This document shows positions 42,474 through 52,615 of a DNA stretch of 64,000 nucleotides, in pieces. Source of the stretch: Minisyncoccota bacterium (GTDB taxonomy: Bacteria > Patescibacteriota > Minisyncoccia > Phycocordibacterales > UBA9973); assembly GCA_041650615.1 (NCBI GenBank), contig JBAZKU010000001.1, positions 23,385 to 87,384 on the forward strand, read 5' to 3'. How positions within the stretch are numbered: position 1 is the stretch's first letter; the number at the start of each line of letters is the position of its first letter. The notes beneath the pieces were generated by a model. It did no database searches and had not been told where the DNA came from. It worked only from the letters and a program-made list of their open reading frames with translations. Both the position numbers and the translations under genes were made by a program.

Positions 42474-42929
42474 CTACACCTTAGCCTTATTCAACACTTC
42501 TTTTTCTTCGGTAGTAAGTTCGTACTCTGATTTTCCGTTTTTAACGGGTTTAGCAAAGATGCTCATTCTCTCACGAGAATAAAGGCTTGAAAATACCACA
42601 CCATCGCCGTCTTCATTCAACATTCCGACCGCAAAACTTTGATTGCTGCCTTGATCAGGAAAAGGATTGAAGCGGATTGTTTCAAGACCTCTTATGCTTT
42701 TCTTTAATTTTTTATTTACTTCAATGAGTTCTCTTTCAATTTTTTCTTTTGCGGATTTTAATTCTGAAATGTTTTCCTCTAGAACTAATATATTTTCTTC
42801 CAAATCCTTCGCTTTTTTGCCGGCAAAAAACTTCTTTAGGCGTTTTTCCGTCTTAATAATCCAAAAAGCGCTGATTAAAATAGTGATTCCGATAACAATA
42901 AAAAAAATAGCTTCAAGCTTTATATTCAT
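42474..42929 (-). CDS. DUF4446 family protein
   Basis: TM, coiled coil, RFNPF.D.GSNQSF, IFAKP...S.YELT.EE. Confidence 0.8.
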   Translation of the reverse strand: MNIKLEAIFFIVIGITILISAFWIIKTEKRLKKFFAGKKAKDLEENILVLEENISELKSAKEKIERELIEVNKKLKKSIRGLETIRFNPFPDQGSNQSFAVGMLNEDGDGVVFSSLYSRERMSIFAKPVKNGKSEYELTTEEKEVLNKAKV

Positions 42930-42953
42930 ACGTTTTCAATATATACTATTTTA

Positions 42954-44162
42954 ATGGCTAAATCAAATAAAAAAGTATATTTGGACTATGCGGCAGGAGT
43001 ATCAGCTAACCCAAGTTCCATACATGAAGAAGGCATTAAGGCAAAAAAAGAACTTCAAAATGCGCGTGCGGAAGTCGCCAATATTTTAGGAGCTCGGTCT
43101 TCCGAAATAATTTTTACAAACGGGGGAACGGAATCCAATAATCTTGCAATCCAAGGCACTGTTTTAGCCTGGCAGGGTAAAAATTTGCCACATATTATTA
43201 CCACTAATATAGAACATCCTTCAGTACTGGAAACTTTTAAAATGCTTAAAAAAAGAAAACTGGCAGAAATTTCCATAGTGCCAGTCGAAAAAAATGGAAC
43301 AGTAAATCCTAAGAAAATAAAAAAGGAAATAAAGAAAAATACGGTGCTCATATCTGTAATGTATGCAAATAATGAAATTGGCACAATTCAGCCTATTCGC
43401 GAAATCGCCAGAGAAATTAGGCATTACAAAAAAACTCACCAAAAAACTTTTTTGAATGGTCTGGCTGGGGTAGGGGACCCAGGGAACCGAGGACCTGAAA
43501 AAAAGATTTTTGGCGGGTTTTTGCTGCCTATTTTTCATACAGACGCTGTGCAAGCGGTGAATTATTTAGATCTCAATGTAGAAAAACTAGGAATAGACTT
43601 GCTTTCATTGTCCGGTTCAAAAATAGAAGGAGCGGGAAGGGTAGGAGTGCTTTATAAAAGAAAAGCTGTGCCGCTTGTGGCGATATTGGGTGGCGGAGAT
43701 CAAGAAATGGGACTGCGTCCAGGGACGGAAAATTTGCCGGAAATTTTGAAATTTTCCAAAGCCTTGAAATCGGCGCAGAAAATTAGAGGAAAAGAGGTAA
43801 AGCGTATAGTTGTACTTAGGGATTATTTTTTTAAAAAAATAATTTTACAAAAAAATATTATTATCAATGGCGATTTAAAAGATAGATTGCCTAACAATTT
43901 GAATATCTCATTTCCTAAAATTCCAAGTGATCTTCTAGTGATGGAACTTTCAGCGAAAGGAATAATGGCATCATCCAAAAGTGCCTGTAAAAGTTCGCAT
44001 AAAGAAGGTTCATATGTCATACAAGCTATACGCCCTGAATCAGATATTGAAATAGGCGGACTGCGTTTTTCTCTAGGCAGGCAAACCACCAAAGCTGACA
44101 TTGACTATACAATTAGGGTTTTATCCAAAATTTTGCAAAAACTAAAAAAGTGGTATAATTGA
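42954..44162 (+). CDS. iscS: Cysteine desulfurase (IscS/NifS family)
   Basis: YLDYAA, NPSSIH, GGTESNN, NNEIG, HTDAVQ, SSKSAC. Confidence 0.9.
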   Translation: MAKSNKKVYLDYAAGVSANPSSIHEEGIKAKKELQNARAEVANILGARSSEIIFTNGGTESNNLAIQGTVLAWQGKNLPHIITTNIEHPSVLETFKMLKKRKLAEISIVPVEKNGTVNPKKIKKEIKKNTVLISVMYANNEIGTIQPIREIAREIRHYKKTHQKTFLNGLAGVGDPGNRGPEKKIFGGFLLPIFHTDAVQAVNYLDLNVEKLGIDLLSLSGSKIEGAGRVGVLYKRKAVPLVAILGGGDQEMGLRPGTENLPEILKFSKALKSAQKIRGKEVKRIVVLRDYFFKKIILQKNIIINGDLKDRLPNNLNISFPKIPSDLLVMELSAKGIMASSKSACKSSHKEGSYVIQAIRPESDIEIGGLRFSLGRQTTKADIDYTIRVLSKILQKLKKWYN

Positions 44163-44165
44163 GGC

Positions 44166-44936
44166 ATGGATATCAAAGATTTAAATAAACCGCAACTTAT
44201 AATGGTTGCATTATTACTTTCCTTTGTCACTTCAATCGCGACAGGTATTACGACAGTGACTCTAATGCAGCAAGCGCCTTCATCCGTGACTGTGCCTATC
44301 AATCGTATTGTTAGGCAGACAGTTGAGAAAATAGTGCCAGTCGAAGGGAAGAGCCAGACAGTTATCATTAAAGAAGAAGATTTAGTAGTAGATGCTATTG
44401 CAAAAAATAAATCAGCAATTTTTTCCGTAACCAAAGAAATAAAAGATTCATATGGTGCAATTACTGAAATTTCTTCCGGGCAAGGATTTGGGGCCACTGC
44501 TGACGGTATTATTGTCGCTGATGGTTCATCTGTGTTTGAGAATGGCACTTATTATGTAAAAAATGACAGTGGAAAATTTAATGCAACCTTCATCTCTTTG
44601 GATAAGAATGGATTTGCTTTCCTTAGGATAGGAACACCGCTCAATGTGGAAGATAAAGCTGCTTTCACTGTACCCGCTTTTGGGGATTTGAGTAAAATGA
44701 AAGAAGGACAGAAAATTTTAGTTTTAGGTAATACAATATCTTCTTTTATTTTTGATGGAAATAAGGATATAAAAATCAGTAATGCAAAATCAAATGGGGG
44801 CGGGCTGGTGCTTGATTTGGACGGAGAAGTATTAGGAATTGTTCTTTCTGGCGATACCATATCTTTCAGTCCGATTGATTCAATTGCAGAAGCTCTAAAA
44901 GCGATAACTCCAACGACTGGAACCGCAACACCATAA
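44166..44936 (+). CDS. Trypsin-like (HtrA-related) domain protein, catalytic residues apparently lost
   Basis: SSGQGF, GQKILVLG, NGGGLVLDLDGEVLGI; no GNSGG. Confidence 0.65.
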   Translation: MDIKDLNKPQLIMVALLLSFVTSIATGITTVTLMQQAPSSVTVPINRIVRQTVEKIVPVEGKSQTVIIKEEDLVVDAIAKNKSAIFSVTKEIKDSYGAITEISSGQGFGATADGIIVADGSSVFENGTYYVKNDSGKFNATFISLDKNGFAFLRIGTPLNVEDKAAFTVPAFGDLSKMKEGQKILVLGNTISSFIFDGNKDIKISNAKSNGGGLVLDLDGEVLGIVLSGDTISFSPIDSIAEALKAITPTTGTATP

Positions 44937-44997
44937 AATAAACTTAAAAGTTTTGGATTTACATTTTATAAACTTTTAACTTTATAACTTATTATAT

Positions 44998-47685
44998 ATG
45001 CCACCACTTCATAAATTTACAACTAAATCAAAAGATGCAATCAAAAAAGCTCATGAGCTTGCCATTGAACGCGGACAAAACCACGTCTCTTCTTTACACC
45101 TGCTTGCTGCTTTATTATTGCAAGAAGAAAGTATGGTAAGTTCTATTTTGGATAAATTGGAAATAGATACTGTTTTTTTAACTGATTCTATTTTAGAAGC
45201 AATTGAATCACCGGAATCTAATAGCACTCTTTCTCCGGCATACCAAATTTATCTCAATCCTGATTTGGCGCAGGTCATAGAGCATTCGGTAAAGCTGGCA
45301 GAATATATGAAAGATGATTTTGTTTCAACCGAGCATCTTTTTATTGCCATGCTGGAAGTGGCCGGAGAAGCGCGCGAGATTTTGGCACGATTCAGAATTC
45401 TAAAAGATCCGGTGATGAAAGTGTTGGAAGAACTTCGCAGTCAGAATATTACCGATGTGACAGAACCAAAAAGATTCAGATTGCTTTTGAAATATACTCG
45501 TAATTTAACCAAACTGGCCAAAGAGGATAAATTAGATCCGGTTATCGGACGAGACAATGAAATAATGCGCATCATTCAAATACTCTCTCGCCGAACTAAA
45601 AATAACCCGATTTTAATAGGGGAAGCTGGCACGGGCAAAACAGCGGTAGTGGAAGGTCTGGCGGAGCGTATTGCAAAAAATAATGTTCCTGAATCTCTGA
45701 AAGATAAAGAGCTTGTTTCTCTTGATCTGGGCTCGCTTATAGCCGGTACAAAATATCGCGGGGAATTTGAAGAAAGGTTAAAAGGTATAATGAAAGAAAT
45801 AGAAAGAGCTGACGGAAAAGTAATTCTTTTTATTGATGAAATTCATACAATTGTCGGAGCCGGGGGTTCGGAAGGAACAATGGATGCTTCAAATATGCTA
45901 AAGCCCGCGCTTTCTCGCGGAGAATTGCGGGCCATAGGCGCAACTACTCTTAAAGAATATCAAAAACACATTGAAAAGGATCCGGCTCTAGCTCGTCGTT
46001 TTCAGCCTGTTTATATTGATGAACCTAGTGTGGAAGATGCTATCGCAATACTTCGCGGACTTAAAGAAAGGTATGAATTATTCCACGGTATTCGCATTAC
46101 CGACGATAGTATAATCGCGGCCGTAAACCTTTCTACTCGTTATGTAACAAATAGATTTTTGCCGGATAAAGCGGTTGACCTTATAGATGAAGCTTCTTCT
46201 TCTTTGAAGATTTCTCTTGAGAACAAACCTCCTGTTTTGGAGGATGCTCATAGAAGAATAATGCGTTTGGAAATTGAAAAAGAAGCACTCAAAAAAGAAA
46301 TTGAAAATGACTCGAAAAAAAGCAAAATTACCAAGAATAGAATAAAAGAAATAGATAAAGAGATAGCCAATTTGCACGAAAAAACAAAAGAGCTTGAGTT
46401 AAAATGGCAGAATGAAAAAGAAACTGTGATTGAGATTCGTTCAATTAAAAAAGAACTTGATGTAATGCGTCTTCAGGCTGAAGATGCGGAAATGAAATCA
46501 GATTTGTCTCGCGCTGCGGAAATACGTTATGGCAAAATACCTGTCTTAAAAAAAGATTTGGAGGTAAAACTTTCGCGCTTGCAAAAACTTCAAAAGTCGC
46601 GAAGGATTTTGAAAGAAGAAGTTACTGCGGAAGATATTGCCGAAGTAGTGGCGCGTTGGACCGGCATTCCGCTTACTAAAATGCTTGAAGAAGACCGTGT
46701 AAAATTGCAAAGGATGGAAGAAGAATTAAAAAAGAGAGTAATGGGTCAAGATGAAGCTATTAAGCGTGTCAGTGACGTGATTCGTCGTTCACGCGCGGGA
46801 ATAGGGGACCCGGACAGGCCAAATGGTTCATTTATATTCTTGGGTCCAACAGGAGTTGGCAAGACGGAGCTCACCAAAGCCCTAGCCCAATTTATGTTCA
46901 ATGACGATAGCGCGCTTATCAGAGTGGATATGTCTGAATATATGGAAAAGCACTCGGTATCAAAACTTATCGGCTCACCTCCGGGATATGTAGGTTATGA
47001 CGAAGCAGGACAGCTTACCGAATCTGTCCGACACCGCCCGTTTTCTGTAATCCTTTTTGACGAGATTGAAAAAGCTCATCCGGAAGTTTTTAATATGTTG
47101 CTTCAAGTTATTGACGAAGGAAGATTAACCGATGGCAAGGGGAGAGTGGTTAATTTTAAAAATTCCATTATTATTCTCACTTCCAATATCGGTTCGCAAT
47201 TCATAGAAAAAATGGAATCAATTGGATTTTCTAATAATTCCGACAAGCAAGATTACAGTAATATGAAAGAAAAAGTACTAGAAGCGATGAAGGATCATTT
47301 CCGTCCGGAATTTATCAATCGCCTGGATGAAATTATTGTTTTTGATATTCTTTCAGAAGAAGCCATAAAAGAAATAGTTAATTTGAGAATGAAAGTGGTA
47401 AAAGAAAGACTGGTTGCCAAAGATATTGATTTTAAGATTTCCGATGAGGCGCTCTCATACTTGGCAAAAGAAGGATATAATCCGCATTATGGCGCAAGAC
47501 CGCTTAATCGCTTAATTCAAAATAAGATTTTAAATCCAGTTGCTTCATATATTATCTCCAATGATATGAAGAAAGGGGATACGGTTTTTGTTTCAGTAAA
47601 AAATAATGAACTGCTTATTGAAACTAAAAAAACAAAAATAAAAAGCCCGATTCGCATGCGTTCCAGTTCTACAACCAAAGCGTAA
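44998..47685 (+). CDS. clpB: Chaperone ClpB
   Basis: Two AAA+ modules ([16 protein letters not shown]) and a long middle coiled-coil domain. Confidence 0.93.
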   Translation: MPPLHKFTTKSKDAIKKAHELAIERGQNHVSSLHLLAALLLQEESMVSSILDKLEIDTVFLTDSILEAIESPESNSTLSPAYQIYLNPDLAQVIEHSVKLAEYMKDDFVSTEHLFIAMLEVAGEAREILARFRILKDPVMKVLEELRSQNITDVTEPKRFRLLLKYTRNLTKLAKEDKLDPVIGRDNEIMRIIQILSRRTKNNPILIGEAGTGKTAVVEGLAERIAKNNVPESLKDKELVSLDLGSLIAGTKYRGEFEERLKGIMKEIERADGKVILFIDEIHTIVGAGGSEGTMDASNMLKPALSRGELRAIGATTLKEYQKHIEKDPALARRFQPVYIDEPSVEDAIAILRGLKERYELFHGIRITDDSIIAAVNLSTRYVTNRFLPDKAVDLIDEASSSLKISLENKPPVLEDAHRRIMRLEIEKEALKKEIENDSKKSKITKNRIKEIDKEIANLHEKTKELELKWQNEKETVIEIRSIKKELDVMRLQAEDAEMKSDLSRAAEIRYGKIPVLKKDLEVKLSRLQKLQKSRRILKEEVTAEDIAEVVARWTGIPLTKMLEEDRVKLQRMEEELKKRVMGQDEAIKRVSDVIRRSRAGIGDPDRPNGSFIFLGPTGVGKTELTKALAQFMFNDDSALIRVDMSEYMEKHSVSKLIGSPPGYVGYDEAGQLTESVRHRPFSVILFDEIEKAHPEVFNMLLQVIDEGRLTDGKGRVVNFKNSIIILTSNIGSQFIEKMESIGFSNNSDKQDYSNMKEKVLEAMKDHFRPEFINRLDEIIVFDILSEEAIKEIVNLRMKVVKERLVAKDIDFKISDEALSYLAKEGYNPHYGARPLNRLIQNKILNPVASYIISNDMKKGDTVFVSVKNNELLIETKKTKIKSPIRMRSSSTTKA

Positions 47686-47691
47686 AAAATA

Positions 47692-47722
47692 AAAAAACCG
47701 TCTTTGAAACAGACGGTTTTTT
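47692..47722. terminator. Bidirectional intrinsic terminator
   Basis: AAAAAACCGTCT-loop-AGACGGTTTTTT. Confidence 0.7.
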
Positions 47723-47742
47723 GTTGTTTGGAAAAACAGCTT

Positions 47743-48138
47743 TTACCCTACAGGATACCATTTCTTGGATTCCTTTTTGGGAGGCAGAAAACGAATGATT
47801 AATAAAGATATAACTATATTATAAGTAGCTGTTAATCCCAATATTATCAAGAAAAACATTTTGTATATGTTACCAGCGATTGGAAATTCTTTCGGAATAA
47901 AGAATGAAGTTAACATTGCGGATAAAAGGCCTATTGTAGCAATAAATATCTGTTCATTTCTTTCCATTATGTCTCCAATGGATGGGATTCCAATAGATAT
48001 TACATTTAAAATGGTTATGAAAATGAACAAGATTGGGTTATTCAGAGAAAAAACTACAAATATAGGGTCCACAGTATTACAGCTAGCCAATCCCAAGGAA
48101 AGTAGGATGATGTTAAGGCATAGTAAAAAGTATCTCAT
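47743..48138 (-). CDS. Hypothetical 4-TM membrane protein
   Basis: Hydrophobic 131-aa ORF; ATGA overlap with the ACP gene. Confidence 0.65.
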   Translation of the reverse strand: MRYFLLCLNIILLSLGLASCNTVDPIFVVFSLNNPILFIFITILNVISIGIPSIGDIMERNEQIFIATIGLLSAMLTSFFIPKEFPIAGNIYKMFFLIILGLTATYNIVISLLIIRFLPPKKESKKWYPVG

Positions 48139-48395
48139 TTTTTATCTCCTTCTTTAGATAATTTTTTTTCTATAAGGTTAACAATATCTTGAATAGTGCT
48201 CCCCCCTCCCACTTCTTCGTCTGATATTTTTATACCAAAAGCTGCTTCGATTTCCATCACAATTTCGACAAGGTCGAGCGAATCAGCGCCCAAATCCATT
48301 ATAGGAATAGCGCTAAGAGTTATTTCGCTTTCAGCCCGATTTAATTTTTTAATAAGAATTATAGTAATTCTTTTCAAAATTTCTGACTGTTTCAT
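48135..48395 (-). CDS. acpP: Acyl carrier protein
   Basis: DLGADSLDLVEIVMEIE.AFGIKISDE; start set to the ATG at 48395 (GGAGG upstream). Confidence 0.85.
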   Translation of the reverse strand: MKQSEILKRITIILIKKLNRAESEITLSAIPIMDLGADSLDLVEIVMEIEAAFGIKISDEEVGGGSTIQDIVNLIEKKLSKEGDKK

Positions 48396-48461
48396 TAGTT
48401 CCTCCAATATTTAGTTTTCAAAATTATTTTTTTTAAAATAAATACAAATTTAATTACCAAA

Positions 48462-48490
48462 AGAATACCATTTTATATGGTACGAGTCAA
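48462..48490 (-). promoter_or_regulatory. Sigma70-type promoter of the ACP operon
   Basis: TTGACT-17 bp-TATTCT. Confidence 0.6.
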
Positions 48491-48657
48491 TGTGCGCCGG
48501 GTAGGAATTTCTCGCCCTACGGTCGCGGGTGCTTTTCTATCTCGCTACGCTCGCAAAGAAAAGCCTTTCGAACCCTACACGGAAGCAAAGCAGTTTGCTT
48601 CCTCTCGGCGAGACATAAATTAAAAAGCTTGAGCAGAAGCTCAGCTTTTTAATTTTG
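48491..48657. repeat. tRNA-Tyr 3'-linked structured repeat
   Basis: TGTGCGCCGGGTAGGA at 48491 and 48656 (16-bp direct repeat of the tRNA 3' end) with hairpins in between. Confidence 0.75.
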
Positions 48658-48740
48658 TGCGCCGGGTAGGATTCGAACCTACGTAGCCCGAAGGCGACAG
48701 ATTTACAGTCTGTTGTAATTGACCACTCTACCACCGACGC
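48658..48740 (-). tRNA. tRNA-Tyr(GTA)
   Basis: ACAGA-CTGTAAA-TCTGT anticodon arm, variable arm GCCTTCGGGC, GTTCGAAT. Confidence 0.93.
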
Positions 48741-48893
48741 ATTCATACAAAATAACACAAAATAACTTTTTTTGCATCTTTAGGATAATTACAACTTTTG
48801 ATGTAATTGACAAAACTACTATAATTTGTTATTTTTAGCTCCAATAACTAGATCTTTTAAAATTGAAATTTTCACTTTTGGAGGAATGAAAAA

Positions 48894-49310
48894 ATGAAAA
48901 AATTTCTATGTGGTTTTGTTTTGTCTGCTGTTTTTATATTGATATTGTGTACTTTGGGTGCAATAGCCGGTGGAAATTCTTCATTTTCCGCAAAGCATTC
49001 CTTAGAACAGCTGGGAGAATATTTTTTGTTTCTCGTCATGAGTTTGGCTTTTCTTGGCTTATATTTTACTTTTCTTGACAATGAATTAAAAAGCAAGTTA
49101 AAAGAAAAGGGGGAATTAAAAATAATTGTTTCTGGTTATATTTCCGTGCTCTTTCTTCTTCTTTTTTTAATAGGAGAGCATCCCATAAGGACAAATAAAT
49201 ATATTTTGATAATTATTACTATCATAGGTATATATAATTTTATAGTATCTTCAATTCTTTTGATTTCAAAAAAGTTTCCCCGGAGGACTCTTTCAGAAAA
49301 TGGTACTTAA
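48894..49310 (+). CDS. Hypothetical 4-TM membrane protein
   Basis: 138-aa hydrophobic ORF; TTGACA promoter at 48807, GGAGG upstream, terminator near 49332. Confidence 0.65.
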   Translation: MKKFLCGFVLSAVFILILCTLGAIAGGNSSFSAKHSLEQLGEYFLFLVMSLAFLGLYFTFLDNELKSKLKEKGELKIIVSGYISVLFLLLFLIGEHPIRTNKYILIIITIIGIYNFIVSSILLISKKFPRRTLSENGT

Positions 49311-49409
49311 TATGTTCATAATAAGCTTCCAAAGCCGACACTAAGTCGGCTTTTTATTTTTTTTGTTATTTTAAGAAAAGTATGCTATTATTTTATTTAG
49401 AAAATTAAT

Positions 49410-49514
49410 AAACGAAGTGAATATAATTTTCTTAACCCTGTTAAATAATTTTTGCTTCGCAAAAATTGCCTAAAGGCATTTAACAGGGTGATGATTTTTA
49501 TAATCACTTCGTTT
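49410..49514. repeat. Nested inverted-repeat structure in the typA leader
   Basis: Outer AAACGAAGTGA/TCACTTCGTTT; inner ACCCTGTTAAAT...ATTTAACAGGGT (49435-49489) with two sub-hairpins. Confidence 0.7.
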
Positions 49515-49528
49515 TTTAAAAATCAATC

Positions 49529-51382
49529 ATGGAAATTAGAAATATTGCAATTATCGCTCATGTAGACCATGGCAAGACGACACTGACGGATGCCTTGATG
49601 AAACAAAATGGGGGACTTCAAGACGAAGGAATATCAATGGACTCAAATGCTCTGGAAAAAGAGCGTGGTATTACTATTTACTCCAAAAATACTTCTATCA
49701 CTTACAAAGGGACCAAGATAAACATTGTAGACACTCCTGGCCACGCTGATTTTGGTTCGGAAGTGGAACGAGTATTGCGCGCTGTTGATTCTGTGCTTTT
49801 ATTGGTAGATGCGGTAGAAGGACCAATGCCCCAAACTAGATTTGTCTTAAAGAAGTCTTTAGAATTAGGTATTAAGCCTATAGTTGTTATAAATAAAATA
49901 GACAAACCGGCTTCCGACCCGCATCGAGTGCATGAAGAAATTTTAGATTTATTTTTTGAATTAGGAGCAAGCGAGGAACAGGCAAATTTTGAAACAGTTT
50001 ACGCGATAGGACGCGAGGGAAAAGCTTTTAAGCACTTAGGAGATAAAAGTAAAGACCCGCCTAGACTCGGCGAGGCTGGTTTATCTCCGCTTTTGGATTT
50101 GATATTAAAATTCGTGCCTTCAGCTTCTTTAAATAAAAGTGGAAAAATGTCCGCGCAAGTTTTCAATTTGGGGTATGACAATTTTTTAGGCCGTCTGGCT
50201 ATTGCCCGAATTTATTCTGGGAAAATTTCTTCTCCCTCTCAAGTTTTTATAAAAGGAGAAACAGGAAGCCGAACCGGAAAGATAACAAAACTTTTTACTT
50301 TTGAAGGAATAAATAGAAAAGAAGTTTCTGCGGCAACAGCTGGCGATATTATTCTTTTAGCTGGGATACCGGATATTTATATTGGTGAAACTATTTGTGA
50401 AGATGAAAGCGTGGAACAATTGCCTCATATAGCAATTGATGAACCTACTTTGTCGCTTAATTTTTTAGTAAATGATTCTCCATTTGCCGGCCACGAAGGG
50501 AAGTTTATTACCTCTAGGCAGATAAAAGAAAGATTAGAAAAAGAACTTGAAATAAATGTCGGGTTGAAAGTTGATTTTTCTCCAGATCAAGGAGACAAAA
50601 TGGGTCCAAGTTTTTTCAAAATTTACGGAAGAGGAGAATTACATATTGCCATTCTTTTGGAAAACATGCGCAGAGAAGGATTTGAAATGCAAGTTTCTCA
50701 GCCGGAAGTTATTATCAAAGAAAAAGGCGGTGTTAAAACGGAGCCCTACGAAGAATTAGTAATTGACGTGCCGATGGAATTTTCCGGAACAGTTATAGAA
50801 AAAATTAATAAACGAAAAGGAATAATGAAAGATATGATGGAGAAAGAAGGCATTGGTAGAATTATTTTTGACATACCAACGCGGGGGCTTTTGGGGTATC
50901 GGGGAGAATTTATCATAGATACGAAAGGGGAAGGCATAATGTCTTCGCGAGTTACAGGTTTTAGAGAATATGCGGGAGAAATAAAAAAACGCGAATATGG
51001 TTCCATGGTCTCTATAGTCTCTGGCAAGGCAGTAGCTTTTTCCCTTGCAAATTTGCAGCAACGTGGTATAATGTATATTGAGCACGGCACGGAAGTGTAT
51101 GAAGGGATGGTTATCGGCAATGTCTTAAAAGGAGACGATATGTCGGTAAATCCCACTAAAGGGAAACAGCTTACCAATATGCGTGCATCCGGGACCGATG
51201 AAGCTATTTACTTAAATCCGGCCTTTGTTTTAAGCATTGAACGGGGGTTGGAGGTGATGAATGGCGATGAATATTTGGAAATTACTCCAAAGTCGGTGAG
51301 AATTCGTAAAAAGTATCTGACTGAACTTGATCGAGTAAAAGCAGAGAGAAAAAAAATTAAAAAAGAAGTTAATTTACCTTGA
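49529..51382 (+). CDS. typA: Translational GTPase TypA/BipA
   Basis: IAIIAHVDHGKTT, DTPGHADFG.EVER, GRGELH, KQLTNMRASG. Confidence 0.97.
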   Translation: MEIRNIAIIAHVDHGKTTLTDALMKQNGGLQDEGISMDSNALEKERGITIYSKNTSITYKGTKINIVDTPGHADFGSEVERVLRAVDSVLLLVDAVEGPMPQTRFVLKKSLELGIKPIVVINKIDKPASDPHRVHEEILDLFFELGASEEQANFETVYAIGREGKAFKHLGDKSKDPPRLGEAGLSPLLDLILKFVPSASLNKSGKMSAQVFNLGYDNFLGRLAIARIYSGKISSPSQVFIKGETGSRTGKITKLFTFEGINRKEVSAATAGDIILLAGIPDIYIGETICEDESVEQLPHIAIDEPTLSLNFLVNDSPFAGHEGKFITSRQIKERLEKELEINVGLKVDFSPDQGDKMGPSFFKIYGRGELHIAILLENMRREGFEMQVSQPEVIIKEKGGVKTEPYEELVIDVPMEFSGTVIEKINKRKGIMKDMMEKEGIGRIIFDIPTRGLLGYRGEFIIDTKGEGIMSSRVTGFREYAGEIKKREYGSMVSIVSGKAVAFSLANLQQRGIMYIEHGTEVYEGMVIGNVLKGDDMSVNPTKGKQLTNMRASGTDEAIYLNPAFVLSIERGLEVMNGDEYLEITPKSVRIRKKYLTELDRVKAERKKIKKEVNLP

Positions 51383-51476
51383 ATGAAGACAGCCTAGTTG
51401 ACATTAAGTTAACGCAGGTGTATTATATAAATTGTAAATCTTTAATACTTAATTTAAAAAATATATTATAAAAATT

Positions 51477-52505
51477 ATGCCAACAATATCTTTCAAACCG
51501 AAGCAAATCACTAAAAAAATAACCTCCCATCTTCAAGAACGCACGCGCGATGTCATCATGAATCGCTTTGGCTTAACTGCTGATGCTGAAAGAAAAACCC
51601 TTGAAGAAATCGGCAAAAAGTACAATATTACTAGAGAGCGCGTTCGTCAAATTGAAGACGCTGCTTTGATATTGATCAAGAAGTCTCCTATTTATAAAGA
51701 ACAGCAAATTGTTTTTGACGAACTCAAAAGCTTGATGCACTCTTTAGGTTCCATTGTGGCTGAGCACGATTTGTTATCTCATATTTCGAAAGATAAAAAT
51801 ATTCAAAATCACATTCATTTTTATTTAGAGTTGGGAGATTTTTTCAAAAAGCATCGCGAAGACAACCATTTTAAAACTCGTTGGAGTGTAGATGATGAGA
51901 TGGCAGAAAAAGTGCATGATTCTCTTAAAAAACTTTATGCAAGTTTGAATGACGAAGATCTTATTCTAGAAGCGGAAATGATTAAAAAGTTCCTTGACCA
52001 AATGAAAGACATATCAGAACAATATAGAAACGATGAAATAACTAAAAGATGGCTTTCTATGTCTAAGACTATTTCCAAAAATCCGCTGGGCGAATGGGGC
52101 AAGACAAGCTCGCCAAATGTTCATACTCGCGGAGTAAAAGATTATGCTTTCTTGGTTATGAGAAAACACGGTTCACCGATGCATTTCAGGGAAGTAGCAG
52201 ATGCTATTTCCAAAACTTTCAATCGAAAGACGCACTACGCGACTTGTCATAATGAACTCATAAAAGACCCTCGCTTTGTTCTTGTCGGTCGCGGTCTTTA
52301 TGCTTTGGCTGAGTGGGGATACAAAACGGGTATTGCCAGAGAAGTTATACGAGATATTTTAAAAAGAGAAGGTCCGCTTTCTAAAGACGGTGTGGTAGAA
52401 AAAGTAATGAAAGAAAGATATTTCAAAAAAAATACTATTTTGGTCAATCTGGTAAATCCAAAGTATTTCAAAAAGAATAAAAACGGGCTTTATACCTTGG
52501 TTTAA
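51477..52505 (+). CDS. Sigma-70 region 4 HTH protein with a C-terminal winged-helix (HARE-HTH-like) domain
   Basis: RFGL...TLEEIGKKYNITRERVRQIE; PMHFREV, HNELIKDPRFVLVGRGLYAL.EWGY. Confidence 0.8.
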   Translation: MPTISFKPKQITKKITSHLQERTRDVIMNRFGLTADAERKTLEEIGKKYNITRERVRQIEDAALILIKKSPIYKEQQIVFDELKSLMHSLGSIVAEHDLLSHISKDKNIQNHIHFYLELGDFFKKHREDNHFKTRWSVDDEMAEKVHDSLKKLYASLNDEDLILEAEMIKKFLDQMKDISEQYRNDEITKRWLSMSKTISKNPLGEWGKTSSPNVHTRGVKDYAFLVMRKHGSPMHFREVADAISKTFNRKTHYATCHNELIKDPRFVLVGRGLYALAEWGYKTGIAREVIRDILKREGPLSKDGVVEKVMKERYFKKNTILVNLVNPKYFKKNKNGLYTLV

Positions 52506-52516
52506 ATATAACTGCA

Positions 52517-52558
52517 CACAAGTCAGACATGTGGGAACTCCCACATGTCTGACTTGTG
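52517..52558. repeat. Perfect 20-bp-arm palindrome
   Basis: CACAAGTCAGACATGTGGGA-AC-TCCCACATGTCTGACTTGTG. Confidence 0.85.
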
Positions 52559-52615
52559 GTTTTAGGGTTCAATAATTCGTTTACTTTACTTGTTTTTTAT
52601 ATTAAAATATAAGTA

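Noticed and set aside
27825-46377. Long antisense ORFs over rpsA, gyrA, infB and clpB
   Set aside because: Codon-bias shadows of real genes with no recognisable motifs.
48491-48671. Prophage or integrative element at tRNA-Tyr
   Set aside because: The direct repeats are only 165 bp apart with no integrase or phage genes; kept as a miniature element instead.
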